Shown: positions 7,839-16,645 of the stretch, piece by piece
Position numbering within the stretch: position 1 is the first letter of the stretch
Layout: every line of letters starts with the position of its first letter
Origin: Paenibacillus montaniterrae
GTDB taxonomy: Bacteria > Bacillota > Bacilli > Paenibacillales > Paenibacillaceae
Assembly (NCBI RefSeq): GCF_018403185.1
Contig: NZ_BOSE01000012.1
Location: forward strand, 94,194 to 126,193
Direction of reading: 5' to 3'
DNA: 32,000 nt
Position numbers and translations under genes: made by a program
The notes under the pieces: generated by a model
The model's database searches: none
Seen by the model: the letters and a program-made list of their open reading frames with translations, nothing else
Told to the model about the DNA's origin: nothing

Positions 7839-8651
7839 ATGTTTATTAACACTAACGTAGGTGCAATGAACGCACATCGTAATCTATCTTTCAACAACAC
7901 AAACATGAACAAAACAATGGAGAAGCTATCTTCTGGCTACCGCATCAACCGTGCTGCAGATGACGCTGCAGGTCTAGCGATTTCCGAAAAAATGCGTTTC
8001 CAAATCAACGGTCTTCAACAAGCGCAACGCAACGCGCAAGATGGCATCTCTTTGATCCAAACTGCTGAGGGTGCGCTAACTGAGGTTCATGCTATGCTAC
8101 AGCGCTTGAATACTCTTGCAACACAAGCTGCAAACGGTACGTATAATGATGCAGAAGACCGTGCTGCAATCGACAAAGAAGTTCAACAGTTGCTTCAAGA
8201 AATTAGCAACATCGCTGCAAACACTACTTTTAACGGTATTAGCCTTCTTAACAATGGTAATACATTGAACTTCCAAGTAGGCAGCACTGCTGACACAACA
8301 ATTTCAGTGGCTCTTAAAGATATGTCAACTAGCGAACTAGGAATTGATGGAATTGATTTGACTACTGAAGCTGGTGCTCAAGCTGCTATTGAAACTATTA
8401 AATCTGCAATTAATACAGTATCCGAGCAACGCGCAGTATTTGGTGCTGCACAAAACCGTCTTGAGCACACAATCAACAACCTTGGCGTAAACGCTGAGAA
8501 CCTGTCTGCTGCACAATCTCGTATTCGTGATGCAGATATGGCTGCTGAAATGACAAACTTTACGAAAAACCAAATTCTAGTACAAGCTGGTACATCTATG
8601 CTAGCTCAAGCAAACTCTGTACCACAAAACGTTCTTAAGCTTCTAGGCTAA
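7839..8651 (+). CDS. hag: Flagellin, copy 2 (270 aa)
   Basis: The termini are near-identical to copy 1 and the central segment diverges (aa 137-190). This is the only in-frame ATG at a suitable distance (10 nt) from GGAGG 7824-7828. Confidence 0.95.
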   Translation: MFINTNVGAMNAHRNLSFNNTNMNKTMEKLSSGYRINRAADDAAGLAISEKMRFQINGLQQAQRNAQDGISLIQTAEGALTEVHAMLQRLNTLATQAANGTYNDAEDRAAIDKEVQQLLQEISNIAANTTFNGISLLNNGNTLNFQVGSTADTTISVALKDMSTSELGIDGIDLTTEAGAQAAIETIKSAINTVSEQRAVFGAAQNRLEHTINNLGVNAENLSAAQSRIRDADMAAEMTNFTKNQILVQAGTSMLAQANSVPQNVLKLLG

Positions 8652-8664
8652 TAGAACTTTCCAG

Positions 8665-8693
8665 AAAAAGGCTGCCGTCAGGCAGCCTTTTTT
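8665..8693 (+). terminator. Rho-independent terminator after flagellin 2
   Basis: aaaaaGGCTGCC-gtca-GGCAGCCtttttt. The GC core stem is a perfect 7 bp, extended by A/T pairs, with a T6 tail. Confidence 0.85.
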
Positions 8694-8695
8694 GT

Positions 8696-8723
8696 TAATG
8701 AAACATTTCTGAAATTCCGATAT
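8696..8723 (+). promoter_or_regulatory. Sigma-D type promoter heading the glycosylation island
   Basis: tCCGATAT lies at 8716-8723 (consensus GCCGATAT). TAAT at 8696-8699 sits 16 nt upstream. The site lies directly after the flagellin-2 terminator and 39 nt before ATG 8762. Confidence 0.5.
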
Positions 8724-8761
8724 AGTAAGTAGAATACAAAATGAACGTTAGGAGATTTAAA

Positions 8762-9145
8762 ATGAGAATATCCAATACATTATTTAATGAGATCGTTGAT
8801 GACATTGAACAGTATATTCCGAAGCTTATTACAGCAAGCCATTCTATTGGCGACTTATTCTACGAACCATTAACGAATGAAGGTAGTCAATTCTTCTCAG
8901 ATTACATTACAGGTCTAAGTAACCTCATTCAAACGGTTATGATGACCTTAAAGGACGCTGCAGACCATGCTCCATCAATGATAGAACCAGTTACATATGC
9001 GTTGCAAGCGATACCTGAACAGGTTGCAGAGCTAGAAAAGGCTCTAGCACAGCAGCAGTTTGTGCATGTTGCAGATATATTAAAATATGAATTAGCAGAC
9101 CATTTGGATAAACTATTACAAGCACTAAAGGAGTCTCGCTCATAA
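8762..9145 (+). CDS. Hypothetical small helical protein (127 aa), translationally coupled to maf
   Basis: The ORF has RBS AGGAG 7 nt upstream of ATG 8762. Its stop overlaps the maf start (TAATG at 9143-9147). I recognised no family motif. Confidence 0.6.
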   Translation: MRISNTLFNEIVDDIEQYIPKLITASHSIGDLFYEPLTNEGSQFFSDYITGLSNLIQTVMMTLKDAADHAPSMIEPVTYALQAIPEQVAELEKALAQQQFVHVADILKYELADHLDKLLQALKESRS

Positions 9146-10989
9146 TGAATATGCAGCAGGATAATTTAGCTTATCTAAAGAAATATCATCCTCAAATTTA
9201 TAATGCTGTAAATCAAGCAACAAATAGCAATGTGCTAGAAAATTATGAATTGATTCAGAACCGTAATCAATCCTACAATATTTGTATAAAGAACTGGAAC
9301 GATAGCATGCTCTATAGCAAATACGACCCCGCGTACGAGGCACAACGCTGGTGTCAATCACTGGATTATATAGAGCAAAATGAAGACGATGTTATTCTAT
9401 TTGGTTTAGGCTTAACTTATCATTTATCAGCTTTAATTGAGCAATTTCCTAATCGAAGATTTATTATTATCGAGCCTGAAGTGGGTCTGTTTATGCAGAT
9501 GATCAAAATTGTAGACATTTCACAATTATTAAGTCATCCGAATATTAAGCATATTGGAGTAGGGAAAGAGGATTCAACTATAGAGCAGTTTTTAGAATTT
9601 ATTAAAAAATATTGCACGTTCCAGTATCGCTATGTTCGAATTCCTTTTTATGACAAGCTTTCATTAGAAACAGAAAAAGTATTTTTAGAGAAGCTTAAAA
9701 AGATCGATCTTGAAAAGAAAGCGGTGCAAGGCTTCCATAAAACATTTGGAAAAGTCATGTATCAAAATTCTTTGAGAAATATTCCAAAATTACTAAGTAC
9801 ACCTGTACTAAAAACACTGGAACAGCGTTTTCCGGGATCGACTGCGGTCATAATTGGCGGAGGACCTTCTTTGCAATACGACGTTAATCGCATTAAGGAG
9901 AATATTGATAACTGGCTTATCATAGCAGCAGGATCAAGTATACAGAGCTTGCGTCACTATGGCATTCAACCACATTTGATTGTTTCGATGGATCCGGGTG
10001 TATACAATACGAAAATATTTCGGGCATATGACTATGCAGACATTCCAATGCTAGTCATGCCTCAAATTCATCATGAAATTCTAACTATTCATGCTAAGAA
10101 CAATGTATATGCTTATTATAACAATGATCCAATGATTAATTATTTGATCCCTTACCAGGATCAAAATTATGTGCTGAAGCCTACATTCTCTGTAACTGGT
10201 ACAGCTATTCAAGCAGCCGTCTATATGGGGGCCAACCGAATAATCTTTACGGGACAGGACTTATCGTATCCGAATAAGCAACAATATGCAGCAGGTGCAG
10301 AACATGTTACTGAGGCTATGAAAAAAAATAAGGAAAAAGAGCTACAATACGAGGTCGAAAATGTGTATGGGAATTTGAATCCTACCACGTTCAGCATGCT
10401 GCAAACATTAAAAGATATCGAGCAGCTTATTGCAGAATTTACGTCGGTAGAGTTTATAAATGCTTCTAAATCGGGTGCCAAAATTGAAGGAACAACTTTT
10501 AAAAGTATAGAATTAATCACAACATCTGCTACATGTTATAATTTTAACATTCTAAATAGCCTTATAGAAGATCAGGCTGTTTTACATAAAATTGATCGTC
10601 ATTCGATTATAAAAAAAGTTGAACGTACAGTGAAATTCTCTTACATGTTATTAAAGGCTATATCCTTTAATCTAAGAAAATTCAATGAACTTAATAAAAT
10701 AGTTCATAAGGCTCCAAAACAAGGCAAGCTTTTGTTGCTTGAAATAGAAGAAAGCCTAGATCGACTCTTTAATAAAGAAGAATTTAAGGAGTTTATTGCG
10801 CATTGGTTTATAGTAGAGCTAAACATATGCGAACAACACATAATAGAAGCACATGGCGAGCAAAATGTTATTAAAAAAGCGGAGATCTATAACAGAAGCA
10901 TACCTGCATTATTGCAAACTATGAAAACATGGCTCCCAACTATTACCAGTGAGCAAGAGGAGCTTATAATTCAGTTAAAGAATAAGTAA
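9145..10989 (+). CDS. maf: Motility accessory factor (Maf, DUF115/MptE-like), a putative flagellin nonulosonic-acid transferase
   Basis: 614 aa. The central block STAVIIGGGPSLQYD...LIIAAGSSIQ...IVSMDPG...FTGQDLSY matches the conserved Maf/DUF115 core. It lies next to flagellin and the pse genes. Confidence 0.85.
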   Translation: MNMQQDNLAYLKKYHPQIYNAVNQATNSNVLENYELIQNRNQSYNICIKNWNDSMLYSKYDPAYEAQRWCQSLDYIEQNEDDVILFGLGLTYHLSALIEQFPNRRFIIIEPEVGLFMQMIKIVDISQLLSHPNIKHIGVGKEDSTIEQFLEFIKKYCTFQYRYVRIPFYDKLSLETEKVFLEKLKKIDLEKKAVQGFHKTFGKVMYQNSLRNIPKLLSTPVLKTLEQRFPGSTAVIIGGGPSLQYDVNRIKENIDNWLIIAAGSSIQSLRHYGIQPHLIVSMDPGVYNTKIFRAYDYADIPMLVMPQIHHEILTIHAKNNVYAYYNNDPMINYLIPYQDQNYVLKPTFSVTGTAIQAAVYMGANRIIFTGQDLSYPNKQQYAAGAEHVTEAMKKNKEKELQYEVENVYGNLNPTTFSMLQTLKDIEQLIAEFTSVEFINASKSGAKIEGTTFKSIELITTSATCYNFNILNSLIEDQAVLHKIDRHSIIKKVERTVKFSYMLLKAISFNLRKFNELNKIVHKAPKQGKLLLLEIEESLDRLFNKEEFKEFIAHWFIVELNICEQHIIEAHGEQNVIKKAEIYNRSIPALLQTMKTWLPTITSEQEELIIQLKNK

Positions 10990-11012
10990 TTCAAACTTTA
11001 TATTATGAATAA

Positions 11013-12002
<990 letters not shown>

Positions 12003-12021
12003 ATATGTAAGGAGAACGAAA

Positions 12022-13182
12022 ATGCAATATTCTAGTTTAGTTACAGTTTCAGTAATTATTCCAATTCATAATGGTGCAGAATTTATAGAACAATGTTTAG
12101 AGTCAGTACTTAAACAGAAAGAAAATATCCACGAGATAATCGTTGTGAATGACGGCAGTACAGATGGAACAAGCGATATATTGAAACGTTATTCAGATCA
12201 AATCAAAATCGTCTCTTTTAATCAAAAAAGAGGAGTGTCGGTATCTAGAAATAATGGTGTTATTTTATCTCAGAGCGATTGGATTTTATTTTTAGATGCT
12301 GATGATATTTTAAGTGATGATTTTGTTAAGAAATATATTTTTACATTAAATAAAGAACCAAACGACACAATCTTAGTTTATTCTAAAGCAATTGAGATTA
12401 CTAAAGAAGGTAATATTACGAACATAATATATGAAGGATTTGACATGTTGAATGGGACTGCGTTTGGACATGAAATTGTAAGAAATAGAATTCTTCTTAC
12501 AGGTACTATGGTTAAAAGAGATTTATTTCTAAATGTAGGAGGGTTTAATGAGACGCTTACACACGGTGAAGATTGGGATTTATGGCTTAGATTGTCGAAA
12601 TATGGTGCTTTTAAATATGCTTCAACCACAGTTGTTTTTATCAGAAGACATGAGTCAAATTCTTCAGCAAAGCTAAATAGGATGCTTGAAGCTGAAAAAA
12701 CAATAATTAAACAGTATTCATTGCGTGAAATAAAATATAGTATCTCTAAACGAAAGCTTAGTGAATTAGATAATATATCAGACTATTTATTTTTGTTACT
12801 AAAAATAGAGGAATATAAGTTATGTAAAGATGAATTAAATGAATATTTAAACAATAGCCAACAATCAGATATTCTACTGTTTGTTGATGCCTTAATCCAT
12901 TGGAACGAACAAAATTGGATACAAGCAAAAGAGAGCTTATTTTTAGCAATTAGTTATAAAATTAAGGCAGAGTATCATAATAATCTTGGTGCTATCTTTC
13001 TAGTTGAAAAAGAATTTGATAAAGCAAAAACGCAATTTGAAGCAGCACTTAGTATTCATGCAAATTATTTAGATGCAGCATATAACTTAGATTTAGCCAA
13101 AAGTCAGACCTCTGATTTAAAGCAGATAAGAATTACTTCAAGACCCTTACGTAAGAATTTAACATCGTATTCATCATTCTGA
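12022..13182 (+). CDS. Family-2 glycosyltransferase with a C-terminal TPR-like domain
   Basis: The N-terminus VSVIIPIHNGAEFIEQCLESVLKQ...IIVVNDGSTDGT...LDADD is the GT2 (GT-A, DxD) signature. The C-terminus YHNNLGAIFLVEKEFDKAKTQFEAALSIHANYLDAAYNLDLA is TPR-like. Confidence 0.85.
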   Translation: MQYSSLVTVSVIIPIHNGAEFIEQCLESVLKQKENIHEIIVVNDGSTDGTSDILKRYSDQIKIVSFNQKRGVSVSRNNGVILSQSDWILFLDADDILSDDFVKKYIFTLNKEPNDTILVYSKAIEITKEGNITNIIYEGFDMLNGTAFGHEIVRNRILLTGTMVKRDLFLNVGGFNETLTHGEDWDLWLRLSKYGAFKYASTTVVFIRRHESNSSAKLNRMLEAEKTIIKQYSLREIKYSISKRKLSELDNISDYLFLLLKIEEYKLCKDELNEYLNNSQQSDILLFVDALIHWNEQNWIQAKESLFLAISYKIKAEYHNNLGAIFLVEKEFDKAKTQFEAALSIHANYLDAAYNLDLAKSQTSDLKQIRITSRPLRKNLTSYSSF

Positions 13183-13220
13183 CTTAAATTTTCAGTGAGA
13201 CTATTCATAAGAGGTGTAGT

Positions 13221-14462
13221 ATGAAAAAAGTACTTTTTATAACTTATTACTTTCCACCGTATACTAGTAGTGGTGTTTTTCGTCCCTTGAAGTTCGTTAA
13301 ATATTTGATGAGAGAAGGAAGTTGGGAACCAATTATCCTAACTCTTAATCAGGATTCTTTTAAAGACAGGCCAAGAGATTACACTTTAAGCAAAAATATA
13401 CCTGAAGAACTGAAAATTTATTATGCCAACTCGTTAGAACCCAACCAAGACTCTACTAATAATTATAAGGAAATTTATAGAGAAGCACATATACCCGATC
13501 ATGCATATGGATCATTCATGCATTTTGTTATAAAGGCCTTACAAATTATTAAGGAACAAGAGATTAACCTTATTTTTTGTACCATTCCTCCATACACAAT
13601 GGGGTTAATCGGAACAACAATTAAAGAAATTACAAATATTCCCATGATTGTTGATTATAGGGATGGCTGGGTTAATGGGAATATGATGAATAAGTTCAGA
13701 ACTGAGGAAGGCAAACATATTAACACATACTTAGAAAATAAGTTATTGCAAAATGCAGATGCTGCTATTTTTGTTAATAGAGAAGTAGCAGAGGTATCAT
13801 TAAAGCAATTCCCTAAGATAAAACAATTAGTTGCTCCAAACGGTTACGATCTAGAGGATTTTAATAATCTGCGTAAAGTGAATACTAAAAAATTTAAGAT
13901 AGGAAATAAAAAACAGATTGTTTGGTGTGGACATATATATAATGACTACGTGGATCATATATTAAAAATGGCTCAAGCTATTAACGTTTTGAATGAAGAC
14001 GGGCATGACCTTGAGTTTGTGATTGCAGGAACTTTACAAAGTGAAGATATCTTAGAAAGATTAGAATTTAATTATTACTCACATATTCGTTTTTTAGGTA
14101 ATATTTCATATGAGGACTCAATCTTGCTTACGAACGATGCTGATATAAATTTTGGAGTACACATTTTAGAATATTCAATTGGAAGTAGATTTTACAATTT
14201 AATCCCTACATTTAAACCGATTATTGCGTTTTACAATACTGAGAATAAATATATCCCTAGATTTTTTGAAAACTACCCATTAAAAGAATTATTTTCATTA
14301 GACGCAAGTGTTAGGGGAATAAGCAACGGAATTGTAAGGTTGATAAATTCAAATTATAGAATGAATGGAAATAAGGTTATTGACTCTTATAAGGAATATA
14401 GTAGAGAGAATAATGCCTATAAATTAATAGATTTATTCAATCAAATAAGTTTAAGTCAGTAA
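13221..14462 (+). CDS. Putative GT-B fold glycosyltransferase (GT4-like)
   Basis: The N-terminus MKKVLFITYYFPPYTSSGVFRPLKFVKYL and VDYRDGW resemble the Glyco_trans_4 N-domain. The C-terminal nucleotide-sugar domain is degenerate by eye. Confidence 0.6.
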   Translation: MKKVLFITYYFPPYTSSGVFRPLKFVKYLMREGSWEPIILTLNQDSFKDRPRDYTLSKNIPEELKIYYANSLEPNQDSTNNYKEIYREAHIPDHAYGSFMHFVIKALQIIKEQEINLIFCTIPPYTMGLIGTTIKEITNIPMIVDYRDGWVNGNMMNKFRTEEGKHINTYLENKLLQNADAAIFVNREVAEVSLKQFPKIKQLVAPNGYDLEDFNNLRKVNTKKFKIGNKKQIVWCGHIYNDYVDHILKMAQAINVLNEDGHDLEFVIAGTLQSEDILERLEFNYYSHIRFLGNISYEDSILLTNDADINFGVHILEYSIGSRFYNLIPTFKPIIAFYNTENKYIPRFFENYPLKELFSLDASVRGISNGIVRLINSNYRMNGNKVIDSYKEYSRENNAYKLIDLFNQISLSQ

Positions 14463-14499
14463 GTTTTAGGTGAATGTACATAGCAGAGGTGTGGGGATT

Positions 14500-15630
14500 T
14501 TGTATAAACATGTACACATTGTAATTGATCATCTGTATACCAAGCAACTCTATGACTTTATACAATCCAAGTTTAATGATCATTACTTTATAGTAGTAGA
14601 TTTGGAGTTGGATACAGGAAGCGCTTATTTTAGTAATGCTAGTCTGAATATACGGAAATGCACAAAATCTGAAATAAAATCGGCTTCTACTACAAGTGAG
14701 CTATATCATGAAATATCTGCTTTTAAAAACATATTTATTCATTATCTTTATAATTTTTACTGCGACTTTTTTGTGAATCTTCCATTTAACAAATCCAATT
14801 TATATTGGATAGTATGGGGCGCGGATTTGTATGATTACATTCCTTTTGAAATATACGATGATAATGTAAAGCGAATGTTTCCTCAAAGCGTAAACAAGCC
14901 AAAGTACAGCGAGTTATTTTTAAAAAATAGAGCTTTGCTAATTTCAAAATTATCAGGTATTTGTACTACATCTGTCTTTGATTATAATTTGATTAAACAA
15001 TTTTATGAAACACAAGCTCCTAGAATAGAATTAGGATACAACACAAGTATATATTTAAACGAAGCTTATTGTCTTTCAATGAAGGAAATAGAAGGGGCGA
15101 GCTGTATCAGAGTATTGGTTGGAAATTCAGGAGATATTTCTAATAATCATCAAACTATATTCGAGTATCTAGATAAACTATTACCCTCAGATTCAGAGGT
15201 TATTGTTCCTTTATCTTATGGGAACAGGGAACATATCGAAGAAATCAAAAGAATTGGAAAAATGATACTAAAAAATAGAATGATTCCTCTTGAACAATTT
15301 ATGATATTTGAAGAGTATGTGCAATTAATAAGTAAAGTTAATTGCATAGTTATGAACCATAGAAGGCAACAAGCTGTGGGGAATGTTTTAATAGGATTAT
15401 ATTTAGGGAAAGCCGTATTTCTATCTGAAACATCACCAGTTTATTATGATCTCATAGATAAGGGCTTTATTATTTACAAGGCAGGGATGCTTAATAATAT
15501 TTCCTTAGAACAGTTTAGTGAGATCTGCAGCTTAAAATATGACCAAAACAAAGAAAGATTGAAAACTTATTTAGGAGCGGAGTATGTAGAACAACAATAC
15601 TCTAATTTTTTTCTTGATTTTAGTTCATAA
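14500..15630 (+). CDS. WecF-like 4-alpha-L-fucosyltransferase family protein (GT56, TDP-Fuc4NAc transferase family)
   Basis: YWIVWGADLYDY, RVLVGNSGDISNNHQTIFEYL and VIVPLSYGN match E. coli WecF blocks as I recall them (FWHIWGADLYEL, ILVGNSGDRSNEHIAAL, VVVPMGYPP). The start is uncertain: TTG 14500 lies 8 nt after GAGGTG, and the ORF track uses GTG 14470. Confidence 0.72.
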   Translation: MYKHVHIVIDHLYTKQLYDFIQSKFNDHYFIVVDLELDTGSAYFSNASLNIRKCTKSEIKSASTTSELYHEISAFKNIFIHYLYNFYCDFFVNLPFNKSNLYWIVWGADLYDYIPFEIYDDNVKRMFPQSVNKPKYSELFLKNRALLISKLSGICTTSVFDYNLIKQFYETQAPRIELGYNTSIYLNEAYCLSMKEIEGASCIRVLVGNSGDISNNHQTIFEYLDKLLPSDSEVIVPLSYGNREHIEEIKRIGKMILKNRMIPLEQFMIFEEYVQLISKVNCIVMNHRRQQAVGNVLIGLYLGKAVFLSETSPVYYDLIDKGFIIYKAGMLNNISLEQFSEICSLKYDQNKERLKTYLGAEYVEQQYSNFFLDFSS

Positions 15631-15667
15631 TTGCTCGCAAAATTACAAAACTTTATTTCGCGAGCAA
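15631..15667 (+). other. Inverted repeat (hairpin) directly after the GT56 stop codon
   Basis: TTGCTCGC (15631-15638) pairs with GCGAGCAA (15660-15667) as perfect 8-bp arms, extendable by AAA/TTT. No T-run follows. Confidence 0.4.
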
Positions 15668-15769
15668 TAGTCAATGTCTATATTAGAGAGTAAGTTTAGT
15701 AAGTTTAATTATTATTTCAGTGAAAATATAGAGTAAGTTCATTTTGATACAGGAAGGGAAAATCAACCA

Positions 15770-16645
15770 ATGAAAGGCGTTATTTTAGCCGCTGGTACTG
15801 GTTCAAGATTGTTTCCATTAACTAAATCAATATCCAAACATCTATTACCGATTTATGACAAGCCTATGGTGTATTACCCTCTGTCAGTACTTATGTTGTC
15901 TGAAATTAGAGAGATATGTATTATTACCAATGAAGAGGATAGATATTTATATGAAGCGTTGCTAGGAGATGGAAACCAATTTGGTATTTCAATAACTTAC
16001 TTATCACAAAAGAGCCCTAATGGAATAGCAGAAGCATTTTTAATAGCAGAAGAATTTATTGGACAAGAGACAGTATGTTTAATTTTAGGAGATAATGTTT
16101 TCTTTGGTCAAGGCTTCACTCCGGTCTTAAGAAAAGCAGTAAAATTGAAAGAGGGAGCAATTGTTTTCGGTTATCCGGTTCATGATCCTGAAAGATTTGG
16201 TATCGTACAATTTGATGAATGTAAAAATGCTATCTTGTTAGAGGAAAAGCCAAAAAATCCTTCATCTCAATATGCTGTGACAGGCTTGTATTTTTACGAT
16301 AGCTCTGTAGTTAATATAGCTAAAACTTTAAAAGCCTCTGAGCGAGGTGAATTAGAGATTACAGATGTAAATAAAGCATATTTAGAAAGAAAAAAGTTAA
16401 AGGTTGAAATACTTGGTCGAGGATTTACATGGTTAGATGCAGGAACCTTTAGTAGCTTGTTGGAAGCTAGTCAATTTGTAGAAACAATCGAGAAGCGGCA
16501 GGGTTATAAGATTGCATGTTTGGAAGAAATTGCATTCAACCAAGGTTGGATTACACAGGAAGAAGTTTTGAGTACAGCTAGACGATATAAAAATAATGAC
16601 TACGGAAAATATTTATTTAAGTTAGTAGGTGATATACTTGATTAA
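15770..16645 (+). CDS. rmlA: Glucose-1-phosphate thymidylyltransferase RmlA
   Basis: MKGVILAAGTGSRLFPLTKSISKHLLPIYDKPMVYYPLSVLM and YLSQKSPNGIAEAF, GDNVFFG, LEITDVN are canonical RmlA/RfbA motifs. The protein is 291 aa. Confidence 0.93.
   Translation: MKGVILAAGTGSRLFPLTKSISKHLLPIYDKPMVYYPLSVLMLSEIREICIITNEEDRYLYEALLGDGNQFGISITYLSQKSPNGIAEAFLIAEEFIGQETVCLILGDNVFFGQGFTPVLRKAVKLKEGAIVFGYPVHDPERFGIVQFDECKNAILLEEKPKNPSSQYAVTGLYFYDSSVVNIAKTLKASERGELEITDVNKAYLERKKLKVEILGRGFTWLDAGTFSSLLEASQFVETIEKRQGYKIACLEEIAFNQGWITQEEVLSTARRYKNNDYGKYLFKLVGDILD

Larger units (their letters stand above)
6759..8657 (+). repeat. Tandem duplication of a complete flagellin expression unit (promoter, leader, CDS and stop), two copies, period 989 bp
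   Basis: ATG 6850 and ATG 7839 begin near-identical CDSs. The upstream 90 nt align without gaps (aactattaattattagcgg...ccgataat...ccacaaggacgtgg...catggaggatga against aactattcattattagcca...ccgataat...ccacaaggacgtgg...catggaggatga). Both copies end with ...cttctaggctaatag. Confidence 0.95.

Noticed and set aside
15631-15667. Interpreting the hairpin after the GT56 gene as a rho-independent terminator
   Set aside because: The stem is followed by atagtcaatg and not by a T-run, and the loop is long (about 15-21 nt). I kept it only as an unexplained inverted repeat.
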